DNA of 61,025 bases, filler included, from Sphacelaria rigidula (Eukaryota), in the NCBI GenBank assembly GCA_964200075.2. It is 5 parts of 5 records of this genome, joined end to end, with 100 filler letters (N's around TTAATTAATTAA, not from the genome) between each part and the next. Parts side by side here need not be neighbours in the genome. Positions count along the whole stretch, not along the records: positions 36,680 to 48,802 come from CAXNAA020004098.1; positions 48,903 to 61,025 come from CAXNAA020004099.1; 3 more parts are not named here. One strand, 5' to 3'. This document shows, in pieces, positions 37,621-50,493 of the stretch (positions are counted from its first letter, which is position 1; each line of letters opens with the position of its first letter). Under the pieces are notes generated by a model that was not told where the DNA came from, ran no database searches, and saw only the letters and a program-made list of their open reading frames with translations. The position numbers and the translations under genes were made by a program.

Positions 37621-38536
37621 TCAAGACGATCGAATCCGCGAACGGTCCCTTGTACCATATCTTCAGACTTTATGGGATGGAGAATCAAGTATGCAGCGCT
37701 CAGCCCCTAGACCCGCGATACTCGCATCTTCACCTCCCAGCGAAATGCAGAAAAACAGCTGCTCTCAAAAATTACAACACAAAACGAGGTGGACATACGG
37801 CGCAGTACCGTATATAGTCGTATCAAACACCAAAGAAATGTTTCACCACGATCACCGATCACCATGTTGGCGCTTATTAGTAACGGTGAAGTGCCGTGTG
37901 TACTCGTGCGTTGAGTTTGGTGCGTTCGGGAAGTGGGGAGAACCATCTGCATGCTCGACTCCGCATATGCATGACGATCAGAGGTCATACTAAATGGATC
38001 GGCCGTACCGGAAGGGACACGAAAAGATACGCCAGTGGCCGAGACAGTGTGCAAAAGTGGCGACGTTCTTGCCAGTGAAAGGTGACCCCCAAGGCCAGCA
38101 TGTAGGGGCAAACGCTTGTCCCTCGCCATTTTGGGCCGCTCTACCATACAGGCCAGCTCTGCCTGGCTCGAGGAAACTTCGCAGCTCGCTCGGGCGACAC
38201 CTCGTTTGTTGATCGTTATTTTTACAGAATATGTCCGAAAGTAAGCAGCAATGCGTGTTCTCGACGAAAGCAGTGAAAAAAATTCATACGGGCGTATTTC
38301 CTGTGTGGTGAGCGAGCATCGCAGACCACTGTACCATACCGTGCCACAACATTACAAGGTAATGCGTACCCTTTCCCTGGCCACTGGCCATTCTGAAAAC
38401 ACATGACTCCGCCAACCAATCAGTACGATACCCCACACATAAAATCAAGCGTCACAGTAAGTAGACGAAAACAAAAAAAAATGCGATCAATAACGGCGGA
38501 AGAAAGACAAGCAAAAAAACGGTTCTTCGCCTTCCC

Positions 38537-41407
38537 TCAGACCGCCAGATATTCGCCGTGGTAGTGAATGGCAACGACAGCACTGGCGAACATAACCAAG
38601 TTGCGACAGCTCCACGCAACCAGGGCCACGGGCTTCGCCATCGTGTACACCCTTTCGACCTTGCCCGACACTGCCGCTATCACCCCCCCCCGGCCTTTTT
38701 GAGTCGCCGTCCCTGCCGACCTCGACCCGTCTTGCTTACGCCTAGCGCTTTTCTTCAGGGCAGACTTGCGGCCACTAGCGGGTGCGGCCGGTGATTGCTT
38801 ACGCTCAGTGCGGGATGGGGTGGCCGCTAGCTTCTCCACCTTGAGAACGGACAGTCGTGGGCAGGGATGAAAGTGAGCGACAACAACACCCCCCCCCAGT
38901 ATGTGTCATGACTATGGCATGAATGATCATGAGTACACCCCAGTACACGCGCGATGAATCCCAGTTTTGCCCAGGGATGACCTGAAGCTAATTGGGAATA
39001 CGGGGAAATAGTGCTCGATTGCTCCGTGAGTGGTGTGGCGTCATCGTGGAATGTTCGGAGCTGAAGGGGACTCAGGGATGGGTAGAGTGACTCGTGCCAT
39101 TGACACCATGAAGGGGTCCGGGTGCTGCACTGATATGTTGATGTACATCCACGACGAGGAGCGCACGAAGGTTCGAAACGCTGGTGACACAATAACGCGT
39201 CACTGCGTTGACGCATACCACCGTGTTTTGCGATGCCTCCTCTGCTCGGATTTACTCGTGACAGACCCAATATCTCCCTTCCTTCTAGAGGCAACGCCTT
39301 CGCGGTCGGTAACCCAAATATATCTCAACTTATTCACTGAGGATCCTCCTTCCCTGCTTTACCCAGATGTCCCAGCTGCTTCCACGAGGATTTTCAAGGG
39401 TTTCACTCGATAGAGGATTCGTTGAAACACTGCATGCAACTGCCAGCCTCCCCATCCTTGTCACCATTTATTGGTCACCATGAAGTACTGTATCCTTACC
39501 CCATTTGACCCCCAGCGTATCAAAAGTCGAGGGGATATTCGTTCCTGGGTTGATAACGTCTGAAAACACGCGCATGCGAAGCAAACGGTACCGTACAATA
39601 CAGATGACTGCCTACTACCTCATAGACTGGCTCGAAATCTACCAGGCTGCAAGCAATCATTTTGGCGAGTAACGTCGGGGGAGGATGTACATAAGGCCGT
39701 CACGTGAGAGCAAAAGGCGTGCTGTGGAACCCGTCCAACGAAGACGCTCTTCCCCACATATCAAACCCTTGACACTTTCACGGCATGCAGCGCTCCGCAT
39801 GTCGACGCGGACAGACTTTGAAAAAAAAGCGCGGTTAGTTTCATCTTGTTTGTTTGAAATGGACAGGCTCTTACCGCAGCCTCAGCAACTCGGAGACGCA
39901 GCTCCGCCTCGTCGCACTTGGTTGAAAGGTCGATAATGCGATTCTGATCGAACGCACGCACGCGAGAGATCAGAACGATGGGCGGGTGAACGTGGGGAGA
40001 GGGATAGTAGATGGAGAGGGAGGCATTCACCACTAGGAGCCTGCGCGGAAGAGGTGTAATCAACTGTTCTTGTCTCAAGTCTACTGTGAAAGTAGGGCGG
40101 GGGGAACGTGGGAATGCTAGCGAGGGATCGCTGCTCTTTCTTGGACTCGGCGACATCTGGCATGTACCTTTTATTCAGGTCGACCTGCAGCGCTCTCGCA
40201 ACGCGAAGGCGGGCAAGGATTGAAACGAGCTGGAAGGGGAGATAACTTTGTAAGCCAGTTGAAATCAACACACCTTCTTCGTTCCTCAGTATTGCGTCGG
40301 TAAGGATGGAGTCCATCCATCCATCGAAATGCAACGATACACAGCACTGTAGAAGCAACACCAATATAATATTCAAATTTTTAAACACACCAATGGATGA
40401 GACCAATATTACCACCAATGAACGCAAAACGCAACGGCGTTACTCTTTTTCAACCCCAAGCCCCTCCCCCCCCCCTCTCCACCTGACAGTACCCTCATTC
40501 ATACCTCAGCATCCCCGCCATTCCGAGTCTCAAGCACTGCGGAGAACTTGACGCCCTTGGATACCTCGACTGGGGATGTATCGTCCCCTTCCTCCGGGGT
40601 GGCGCCCGCATCCAGGTAACGCCACTGTCCGGCGGTGGACTCCAAGTCAATTTCCGAAGATGGCACCACGATTTCAGTAGTGACGGTACTGCACCCCATT
40701 GACGACGGCTCCGCTGGAGTTGAGGCGGATGTAGCCGCCCCTGTCTCGACCACAGCCGCTGGAGAAAGTCCGTTCTCGTCGTTAGCCGCACTCCCGGCGA
40801 TAGCTTCCACTGTCGCTGTCGTTGCAGTGCCCGCTGCGTCAGCCGCTGCCTCTACTACACCCTTTCCATCGACCACCGCGTTTGCAACCGCTGCCCCATC
40901 CCCATCTGCTTCCCCGTTCAATGCGGCCGAAACCGCCGCTGCCGGAGCCTCACCCTCCGCTCCCCCGCTCTCCCCCGTCAGAACGCTAGGCCCCACAGAC
41001 TCTCCCGCCGTCACCGCATCCTCGGTAGTCACAGCCATCCCCGTCATTCCCTCCCCGACAACAGCAACAGCATCATCCGCTTGGGAGTCGGACGCAGGTT
41101 CCTCCGGTCCGTTCTCGCCTCCTTCACCGCCTGCAGCCGCCGTTTCCATCGCCGTCGTAGCACCGACCACCACCTCGTCTCCCTCTGGCCCTTCTTGCGT
41201 CTCGACAACACTCGTCGCCTCTTCTACCTGGTCTGTCGTGCTCGCGGCGTCGGCTCCCAACGCAGCGGGGGCGGCTTCCTCAGATGCCGCTGCCGCTGAT
41301 GGCGTTGCTTCGTTCAATCGATCGGCGACTTCCGCGGCAGGCTCAATTACTGCGCTGGGTAATTCTTCGGCGCCCTCGCTCTGAGGTGGTGCAGCGTGCT
41401 CAGCCAT
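38537..41407 (-). CDS. Uncharacterised protein: acidic Ala/Glu-rich N-terminus, coiled coil, basic linker, hydrophobic C-tail. Exons 41407-40505, 40156-40031, 39943-39875, 38839-38537
   Basis: ATG at 41407; phase-0 GT-AG junctions (GAG|gtatga, GTG|gtgaat, GCG|gtaaga) join ...GDAE|MSPSPRK..RRLLV|NRIIDLSTKCDEAELRLRVAEAA|VEKLAA...LVMFASAVVAIHYHGEYLAV*. An alternative exon-1 donor exists at 40565. Confidence 0.72.
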
Positions 41408-43802
41408 GAGCACGAGATCGAAAACGAAAACCCCAGCACCCAGAGTGAACAAACACGGGATGCCCTCGACTACAACCTAAAGGCAACGTACGGAGCGTGC
41501 GCGTAAGGGGGCGGGAAACAACTTACATTTGTATGTTGGCATGGATGAGAGTAAAACGCGCGAAGTACGGCGGAAGCCGGGCGACTTCAGGTCTGTTGTC
41601 CACGAATAGATGGAATGTTGTTGGGCTTGACTGTTGCGCGGTTTTCGCTCTGGTGAGCAAGGATCACCGGTGAGCGATGACGGGCGACGGTCCAACAGTC
41701 CAACGAGATTCGTGCACACACTGCACTGACTGCCCTCAGATCGTGCGTGAGTGAGATTATCGGATGGATTCAAGGTGGCCATACAGATGTAACCTCTGCC
41801 GGATTTCTGACGGCATTCCCCCCCGCTGGCCTCAACCCCCGCCCTGCAGAAACCATCTACTTGACAAGGGACACAGTATGAACCGTACATTCGGATCCTG
41901 ACAGTACCAACCTTTTCTTGTGTTGGCTCGCTCATAGCCCGCACAGCCACTCGGTCCACAGCAATGTCCCCAAACACCTCTTTTATGGTCACCTTGAAAG
42001 GGGGAGAAAAGATGGACGAAGAAGTCAGGGAATTGTGCTAGGTCGTGCATCCTCATCCTGTGATAAACTACAGCAGCGGCATGCCTTCTGCGTCCTAGTA
42101 AATAGGACGGTTTTTGTACAATGAGCAAACAGTTGGCCATATCAAAGTTTTCATTTATCCCGATCAACATTTGTTGAGCCTTCGCCTCGTCGTGACACCG
42201 CCGGTCTTTTGCTCATTAAATGATGACCTAGATTTTCCGTACTACGTCAGTAACGTCTAGAAATATAGATCAAGGGGTATCGTACGTGCGTCAGTCTAGC
42301 GTAATGTTACACCAGAGTCCGTACATGAACAAATCTTGAAAAGAGCTTTCGAGAGAAGCACGTGTCGTTGCCACCGACACCGTAATCGTTAAGAAAAATA
42401 AGCATGAAACATTGCATCACCAGCGGACATCATGCCTCATGAACCAATGGCGCTGCGGGCATCATGAACTACACAGCACAGCGCGTGTTGCCATTCTATT
42501 CTGGACACCCGTCTACACCTTTCAACATATGTCGGCGCATCAGCCGGGGTCACACAGGAAGAAGGTCAACACAGGATTTTTTCACAGCGCTCCGCAATAA
42601 ATGAGGCTCTGCGAAGTGCGGATATTCCGCGTTGACATCGTTTTCCTACGCAGGGTCGCTTGATCATGGAGCGCTCGCCACGACCAGCACGACACACGGA
42701 GCTGATGGTAGGCCTAGAAAACCCCATAACGCTACCCGTGCACCGCACCCTAGTGTACCACTCTACCTCGCTGACGGCAGTATTTCGCCGACTGGGGGTG
42801 GCTGCCCAAGGATACACCGCGCACAAAGACAACATATCGTCAACCCAATACAGGCTGTGAACGAGTCGCGTGTGAGTCGAACGGCCGCACCTCGTTCGTC
42901 TTAGAGTAGAAATTTACAGAAGGGCTCGTGTCAATTTGGTTCGCGGGATCGTGGATTTCCCGTTACACAGAGCACGACCACGAAACGGCTGGTATCCTCG
43001 ACAAGCCCATATCTTCTTTCGTCCATCGCGCCGTACATTCAAGCTCTACTTCATCGGAGACACCTTCAGACAGAATACTGAGGTGTTGAGGGCATCAAGC
43101 CGAAGCATGTGCAAGGAATCCTTAGTATTGGAGCAGAACACTTGACCTGCTGAATAGCCGTCATAATTTCGCGTTCACCCATTGGCCGTCAGGGTATATC
43201 TGAGTATTTACACTCATTTTCAGGTGAATATGCCCACTGAGTAGATACGCACACCCTAGTAAATAGACTACATCGCCAAAAAGTGTACTGCGTAAAGTAT
43301 AGGGTATATTGTCTATTGCAAAAGACGCAATAGACGATACAGTACTCAGTGCACTTGAGGACAGGTGTGATCAATCGCCCAGGGTGTGCAGATAGCACTC
43401 TGGCGGTCTAAGGTTCAACTCCAACAACAGCCCTAGGCCCGCTCGCAGATTCGTCTGCCACAACACACAAAGGATGAGCGCAGTATACGGCCTTCCAGAC
43501 GCAGGATGAACACACGCGACGAAATGTCGAAGACGCAGCAAAAGCGAGAGTCTGAAAACAGCAACTATGTCATACATTGTTGGCCGAAAGCGAAACACGA
43601 GGTAGGTGCAGCACCGAGGACTGATCTCACCGGCTGTAATGAACTGTGTTTACCCTGTACCATTGCCATTCCTTGGATATGCATTTTAGGCCGCATAGCA
43701 ATGCCCCCAACTCGCTCGGTTTAGAAAATGGAGGGGTGCACGAGTGCAGAGGGATACTCCACATATCTAAATTTCGCTCTCTTTCTCCTTCGTGGCTCTT
43801 AC

Positions 43803-43966
43803 CGTGAGCTTCTTGGGAGTGGTAGCGTTGTCATCAGCCATGGTGGCCTGCGCGGCTTTGAGCTCGGCCATGCACTTGGACGCATCGTCTCTCCTTTCGG
43901 CCAGCTCCTTCCTAGCCGAGGCCAGCTCCGCAAGCTCCGCCATATATCCCTCTTCTTTATGATGGA
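43803..43966 (-). CDS. Isolated putative exon encoding a coiled-coil peptide
   Basis: ttctag acceptor; open frame MAELAELASARKELAERRDDASKCMAELKAAQATMADDNATTPKKLT; ACG|gtaaga donor; partner exons unresolved. Confidence 0.4.
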
Positions 43967-44537
43967 CTAGAAACTGTATCTATATTTCCCCTTTGTTGAA
44001 TGCAACGAGAATCCGTGTCGTGTGCGCTGTCTCTACCGTGCTCCTCCTAGGTTGGCAACTCTCCGCCTGGCCACCACTGCCTAGCTGACGGTGCCTGTCT
44101 GGGGGCTGGCTGAGGACAAGGCGAAACAGTAGTAGTATGACACAGCAAAAGTACAACGGTTGGATAATAACCATCATGATATTCGAGATTTCTCATTTTC
44201 AAACAGAGATCCTGTCCTGGGATGGGGTACAGTACAAGAACTGTTAGTATACAGCAGACATCTGTTCAGAACTGCAATAGCGTGCCGTGCAGTAGCATCT
44301 ATCATACGGGATATTTTTCGTCGTTGCTCGTCATCATCTCATCTCCTGCCCAGCATTCCTTGGCACATACATCCCTGTTCACTCGTTAGCTCACCCAAGC
44401 ACCCAGCGGGAGCAGTTCACGGTGCATGTGATTCAGCAAATACGTCCCACACGAAAGGAACGGGGACATTTTCTTGCCGCATCTCACATATCCTATAAGG
44501 ACCGGCAACGACTGTGCTTGTGTCACCACCACCACCA

Positions 44538-44569
<32 letters not shown>

Positions 44570-44599
44570 ACTCGACACCATTGGATCACAGGCACAATT

Positions 44600-45185
44600 A
44601 TGGGACCTTCGGCCGAAGCCTCTTCCGGCCCCCTCTCTTCACCCACATCTACCACCACTATAAACAGCAAGGTCAAGCCTGTCATCGCCGTCGATGTGGA
44701 CGAGGTGCTGGGTCACTTCGTGTCTCAACTCTGCAAGTTCCACAACGAATCCTACGGAACGGAGCTATCGCCGGACGCCTTCACTTCCTACCAATTCCAT
44801 GAGGTCTGGGGGGGCACTCGAGAAGAAGCCGACAGGAAGGTCAGTCAGTTTTTCGCGTCACCGCACTTTCTCGAGGGGGAGCAAGGCCACGGTATACCGG
44901 CGGTGAAGGGCGCTGTCGAGGTTCTCAGGAAACACGCGGAGAATTTTGAGTTGCACGTGGTGACGTCGCGGCAGAACATCCTCAGGGAAATGACGGAGGT
45001 CTGGGTGGCGAAGCACTACCCTGAGATTTTCACCAAGTTACACTTCGGAAACCATTACAGCCATGAGGGGGAGTCGAGGTCAAAGCCCGACCTTTGCCGA
45101 GATATTGATGCCGTGATGATCATTGATGACAACGTGCGGTACGCGAAGCAGTGCGCGGATGCGGGCATACGGACTTGTTTGTTTG
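44600..45185 (+). CDS. HAD-superfamily 5'(3')-deoxyribonucleotidase (NT5C family) protein, partial; main exon ends at donor TTTG|gtgagg
   Basis: HAD motif I IAVDVDEVL, motif II HVVTSR, motif III K (RSKPDLC), motif IV IIDDN, plus FGNHY. The ORF tail after 45185 is intronic. The start codon (44600) is uncertain and the last exon was not found. Confidence 0.85.
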
Positions 45186-45745
45186 GTGAGGATTTTTGGA
45201 ATTATTTTCAGTCCCATGAGTATCTCCTGCGCGTTTTGTATACTCGTACTCGTACTCGTACAGTAGTACCATGTACTATTATACTGTATACTGTTCGTAC
45301 AGTCTCTGCTGTGCTTCATGACTTTTCTTCTTTTCCTGTGAGCTTCTCCGTAACTTACATTTGCAATAAACTTATTATTATGACTGCACCATCGTATATA
45401 ATACGCACCTCCCTTCGTTGAGAACAAATGGTCCCGTACCCCATAAGTAGCCTACTTTTGCTTGTTGGACAGAAGAAGTGTACACATCTGAACAGTTGCT
45501 CTAATTTTTCTGCTGTTGGCGAGTATTGTTCTGTGTTGCCTTTTTCTTCTGTATCCAACTGTCAATAATCTGCTTTCATGTTGCAGGTACGTTGTGCCGC
45601 CGTCCTCGAGGTTTCCACATCCTGGGCTAAAGATGACATTGTTGTCAAAAGGTGCCCTGCGTACAGTATGGCATATTTTGTCTATTGCAATAGGCGCAAT
45701 AGTCTATACTATACTGTGCGTCACGATTTTTGACGAAGTAAAATG

Positions 45746-46070
45746 TCGCCGTGGTGGCTCAGTTTGTAACCTCGACACCTTCTGACGGTTGGTGTCGTGG
45801 CTTCGAATCTCGGAGCAATTTGGGATTTTTTCATGTACAATGCTCAACAACAACAGCAGAGAGCCGTTATGTCATGGGTACACGACATACGACTTGACGA
45901 TCGGTGAGGGAAAGGGACTGCTGAACCCCTCTCGCGATAAGAAAGAAAGGCAAGCACCGCAGAAGGAAGGTGGAGAATGAAAACGAGTAAGAAAGGAAAA
46001 ACTCCTGTGGTGTTGATCTTCCTCCTGTGTGATCCCGGCTGGTTCGCCCACATAAACAAGGTGTGTTCAC
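45746..46070 (+). mobile_element. tRNA-derived SINE, family B
   Basis: gtggctcagtttgtaacctcgacaccttctgacggttgg..ggcttcgaatctc..gaggg aaagggactgctgaacccc matches the other family-B copies. Confidence 0.75.
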
Positions 46071-48693
46071 CAGTTGATCGATGAAGAAATTTCTCGGAAA
46101 CATATTTTTTAATAACCCTCACCCTAACCCTAACCGCAACCGAAGGCATACCGAGAACCCTCGGGCGAGGGGGGTGCAAAGCGTTTCCAAGGCAAAGCGT
46201 GGGGTTGGCAGACCTCGAAATGGCGCCGAAGGCGTCGATTTTGACGAAAACGCCTTCTGTGCACGCGAGGGGCAATTGGGGTCGTATGTTGTCCAGGGTG
46301 TGGAAGTTCCCTGCTACTAAATCTGTTGGCTGGGCTCACGGTTCATTGCCTGATTAGTAGTTACAGAACAAACAAATGCCACCCTCGGTGCATCTTCAGT
46401 CATATGTTCGTATTGTACGGACTGCAGACCGTAACTCGACCCCGCGAAGCACGGTGAACGGACGAACGCCTTGTGGAAAAACGACAATTTTGTATCCATC
46501 CCACGCTGTGGCGGAAAGTTGCTGCGAGTTTACCCAGTGTAGCCCTTATTATTATTTTATTTTTTTTACGATTTGCAGTTCACATGTTCCAGGGGGTATG
46601 GCGAATTATCTCTCCAAATTTATTTCTTCGGCGGTTTTCCAAGTCGCCCGTGTTACATTTTTTTTTGTGTTTTCGTGCGCAGCCTCCATCCCTACAGCCC
46701 ATATCTCATCGCGCATCCCAATAGCTGTGTAGTTGAGTTATGCGCAAGAGGTGGCTTTAATCATCGGTATTTGTGATGATTTTGTTGGTTGTGCAGTGTT
46801 GTGCCACCCAGTCCTTTTTTCATTTGAACACCGATTTGAAATGCCGCCGTATTTTAGTAAATAATGACGAGTGTTGCGGGTTTGTGGGCTGGACACTGCA
46901 CGATTGACCCCTATTTCTTCGGGGCAACATACAGCACGCAGTGGGTATAGCCAATTGAGCAACATGATGTGCCGTGGGACGAGAGAAGGCGAAGTTTGTC
47001 CATGTCGTGGTGTTCACACATCCCTGGCGCGTGGACCCAGCTCCATGGTGTTGCAAGAGACGTAAACTCTCGTAACACATCGCCTTTTGTATGCCCCCGA
47101 GGCACAGCACGTATCACCTCAAAGCCACTGATGTTGTAAATAAGGTTGAGCGGATCCATTTTGAACGTCGTCAGCTGAACATCTTGGTTGAATCTGAGAC
47201 GTATCGGAGAAACATCGGCTCCAAGAATTGAGAATCCCAGTTGACGATAGTATGAACTGTGAACGGTGTGTAGGCAATCCATGTTGTGGGTGCCGCTGTG
47301 CTGTGTTGACATGAAATGCAGAACTCTTTCTTGGCTACGCATGCAATGTTCGGAACAGAGAAGATGTGCCCGTGAATCTACTCGTACAGACGCATCAGAA
47401 ACCCATTGTGGAAGTTATGTCGGGATTTCATTCCCTACAGCGAATGAAACACGACAGAAGTTTGGCAGCCTTACAGATACCAGGGCTTTGAAGCGTACTT
47501 GGCTTCGCTTCAGTCCCCAGCCCGTAACCAACACACGGACTGCTGTACAGTGTTGTGCTGGCTTTGAAACACGAGGGAAAAGCTGGTCAATATTGTGTTT
47601 GTTTGAAAATGTTTCTTGTTCGGGTGGGGTTGGGATGGATGAGTTGGTTGGTTGATTTTGATGAACGGGTGTGATGGGTTGGGCTACGATTGCGCTGGTC
47701 ACCGGGGGGTTTGGACAAGAGGAAGAGACTAGAAACTCAACTCGTGAACGATTACACGAAAGACGTGCATTGGGTACAGCATACAGCAAACCCGTACAGC
47801 ACCAAGTATAGAACGAGGCTCACAGAGCTTGGATCCGTCAGCACGAGTCATGCGCGGCACAACCGTCTTGGTCATCATCTTGCCTTTGGTGATCGTTTTG
47901 GCCGCATCCTTCGTGCTCAAACTCCTTTGCCCATACTCGACGATATTTCTCTACCCACACGGTGCCAACTGAGACAACCCACTTCAACTTGCGCTGTATA
48001 GGCCGCCTAGCTAACCCTGCCTTCCAGTTTTACTGCCTGTGATGGACCTTCGCCGTGAATTAGTACTCAGAAGTAAAGTCAAAGGCACGGCTATTGGCAA
48101 AATGTCACGTTTTTTACTGAGGTAAAATATTATGCGCACAAGTTTGTTCTCGAACGACGGCTGCTAGCGGGTACTGCTTGCACGTGGAAAGGCGTTGCGC
48201 TGGATGTTGTACAGCATGACTTTCATCCGCTGTCGCTTGGCGATCGCGCCTCGGAAACCATATTGGAAAATGACTGGGGCTGAAACAAATACCGATATCT
48301 GGTGTTGGTGCTTTGGAACAGACATCCATGGTCAGTTTGTGCGGTCAAGTCGATGGAATGGAGTGAGTTAATTGAAGGCACACCTTGAGAGATCGTATAC
48401 ATACTCGGGTCCCATGTTTGGATAATTCGATATTTGGTCTAGGTCCTTGGCTTCGCAGTGTCTTGTATATCTAGGGGGTGGAGGTCACATGAGGTGACCT
48501 TATCGCCGGCGCAACATTGTACTCTCTGAATGTACGTACAGTCACGGCATCTCTGCATAGGAACAAAGATGATAAAAAGACAGGGAGGGAAATACATCCA
48601 GGCCACTTGGATATTTGCTTGCACATGTTTCACTTTTGAGAAGAATAAAAAAAAACGATTTTCGCATGGGATCTCTGGGTGATGCCGCGATAG

Positions 48694-48742
<49 letters not shown>

Positions 48743-48802
48743 CCCGCCCCCACCCCCCCCGCACCGCACGCCCCCGCCCCGCACCCACGCAGCCCCTACA
48801 TC

Positions 48803-48902
48803 NNNNNNNNNNNNNNNNNNNNNNNNNNNNNNNNNNNNNNNNNNNNTTAATTAATTAANNNNNNNNNNNNNNNNNNNNNNNNNNNNNNNNNNNNNNNNNN
48901 NN
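48803..48902. other. Artificial contig linker
   Basis: N-run, TTAATTAATTAA, N-run; 100 nt; flanked by poly-C contig ends. Confidence 0.97.
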
Positions 48903-49194
48903 CCCCCCCCCCCCTTGTGTCTCTTCATCCCTTTTATCGTACTTGACGGCAAACCTGTGATGTCACCTCTGAAATAACTCACTCTTCATGCTCAGATTAC
49001 ACCCAACAGCTCGTTTTTCGTGCTTAGTCTGGTACATTTCAACAGGACTTTCTTGTCGTTGAATCTGCCCTTCAATATATCCCGACAGCCCAGACCGTCC
49101 GATCCGGAATACAAGTTTTCTTGACTTATATTAATTCAACACACTTGTGATCAGAAGCTAGGAATCTACCCCGCAATACCTTTACATCATAATA

Positions 49195-49553
49195 GCCGGT
49201 CGCCCCGGTGGCTCAGCAGGTACCCTCGACACCTTCTGACGGTTGGGTCGTGGGTTCAAATCTCGGAGGGATCTGAGATTGTTTTTCACACCATGCCGAA
49301 CAGTGGAGAGCGACCATGTCGTGGGTACGTGGGTACACAAAATTCGAATCAACGGTCGACGAGGGAAAAGGGACCGCTGAACCCCTTTCGAGATAAAAAA
49401 TAAAGGCAAGCACCGCAGAAGGGAGGTGGAATTCTGAAAACAAACAACAAAGAAAAAACTCCGCTGTTGACGTCCCTCCTGTGCGACCCCGGCTAATTCG
49501 CCCACATATACTGAAAGGTGTAGAACAGCGTCCAGAATAGATGGGACAACAAC

Positions 49554-49616
<63 letters not shown>
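49195..49616 (+). mobile_element. tRNA-derived SINE, family B, full length with (CA)n tail
   Basis: A box ggtggctcagcagg, B box gggttcaaatct, 3' end ccagaatagatgggacaacaacaa then (CA)n at 49555-49616. Confidence 0.82.
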
Positions 49617-49619
<3 letters not shown>

Positions 49620-49652
49620 GCAATCTCTGTACTCCGGACAAGGATTATTTTG

Positions 49653-50493
49653 CACACGACGGACGAGCACGAGTATGACTCGTGGCTCCCGCACTCGTTG
49701 GGCTTGGGCTGCTCGTTGGCGGTAAAAATTAACAGGGCGAGTACTAGAGTCATTGCTCGTTGTGGAGAAAATAATTAGGGCGAGCACTCAAGTTATTGCT
49801 CGTTGTTGGAAAAAATAAGAGGGCAAGTACTCGAGTCATTGCTCGTGGTGGAGAAGACTATAACTCGAGCACACGAGTCACTGTTCGTGATGAAGGACTC
49901 GAGTGGAGTAGTCAGCAATCCGACGAGAAAATTATTATATTGAGCTCTTCGACGATCTTGAACCTAAAATCTTCAAGTTCATCTGCATACCTCTACATGT
50001 ACAAGCGTCCAGCTCCAAAGATCCTTTTTTTTATCCAAGCAGCCCCCTCAACACACACAGATCACAGATCAGTGTTCTACTACAGTGGCGGAGAGTCTCT
50101 CTCGAGTAAGACATTTACAAAATAAATAGGGCGAGCACTCGAGTCATTGCTCGCTGTGGAAAAATGAATAACTCGAGCACACGAGTCATCGCTCCCCATA
50201 AAAAAAGGAATGACTCGAGCACACGAGTCATTGCTCGCTGTGAAAGAAATAGTGACTCGCTGTGAAAGAAATAGTGACTCGAGTACACGAGTCATTGCTC
50301 GTTGTAAAAAAAAGTAATGACTCGAGCACACGAGTCATTGCTAGTTGCGAAAAAAAATAATGAATGAGCAAACGAGTCATTGCTCGCTGGCAAAAAACTG
50401 GACGACTCGAGCACACGAGTCATGCTCGTTGTGTTTTGAAAAAACACCCACGAGCGCACTCGTTTCGACGAGTAATGACTCGTCCGACGTGTG
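49653..50493. mobile_element. TIR element with 8-bp TSD and internal ~42-bp palindromic repeat array
   Basis: TIRs cacacgacggacgag / ctcgtccgacgtgtg; flanks ttattttg / ctattttg; about 11 direct units of GACTCGAGCACACGAGTCATTGCTCG plus an A-rich spacer. Confidence 0.8.

Noticed and set aside
40635..41384. 249-aa Ser/Ala/Pro-rich plus-strand ORF
   Set aside because: Antisense shadow of the large minus-strand exon, which has spliceable downstream exons.
45186..45421. C-terminal part of the 315-aa ORF
   Set aside because: It follows a G|gtgagg donor, becomes AT-rich with tactcg repeats and loses HAD similarity, so it is intron.
48690..48915. Poly-Pro/poly-Gly ORFs or G-quadruplex locus
   Set aside because: Poly-C runs at contig ends next to a gap; length and sequence are unreliable.
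49735..50430. CRISPR array
   Set aside because: Spacers are short, A-rich and similar to each other; repeats are degenerate; there are no cas genes; the context is eukaryotic; the array sits inside TIRs with a TSD.
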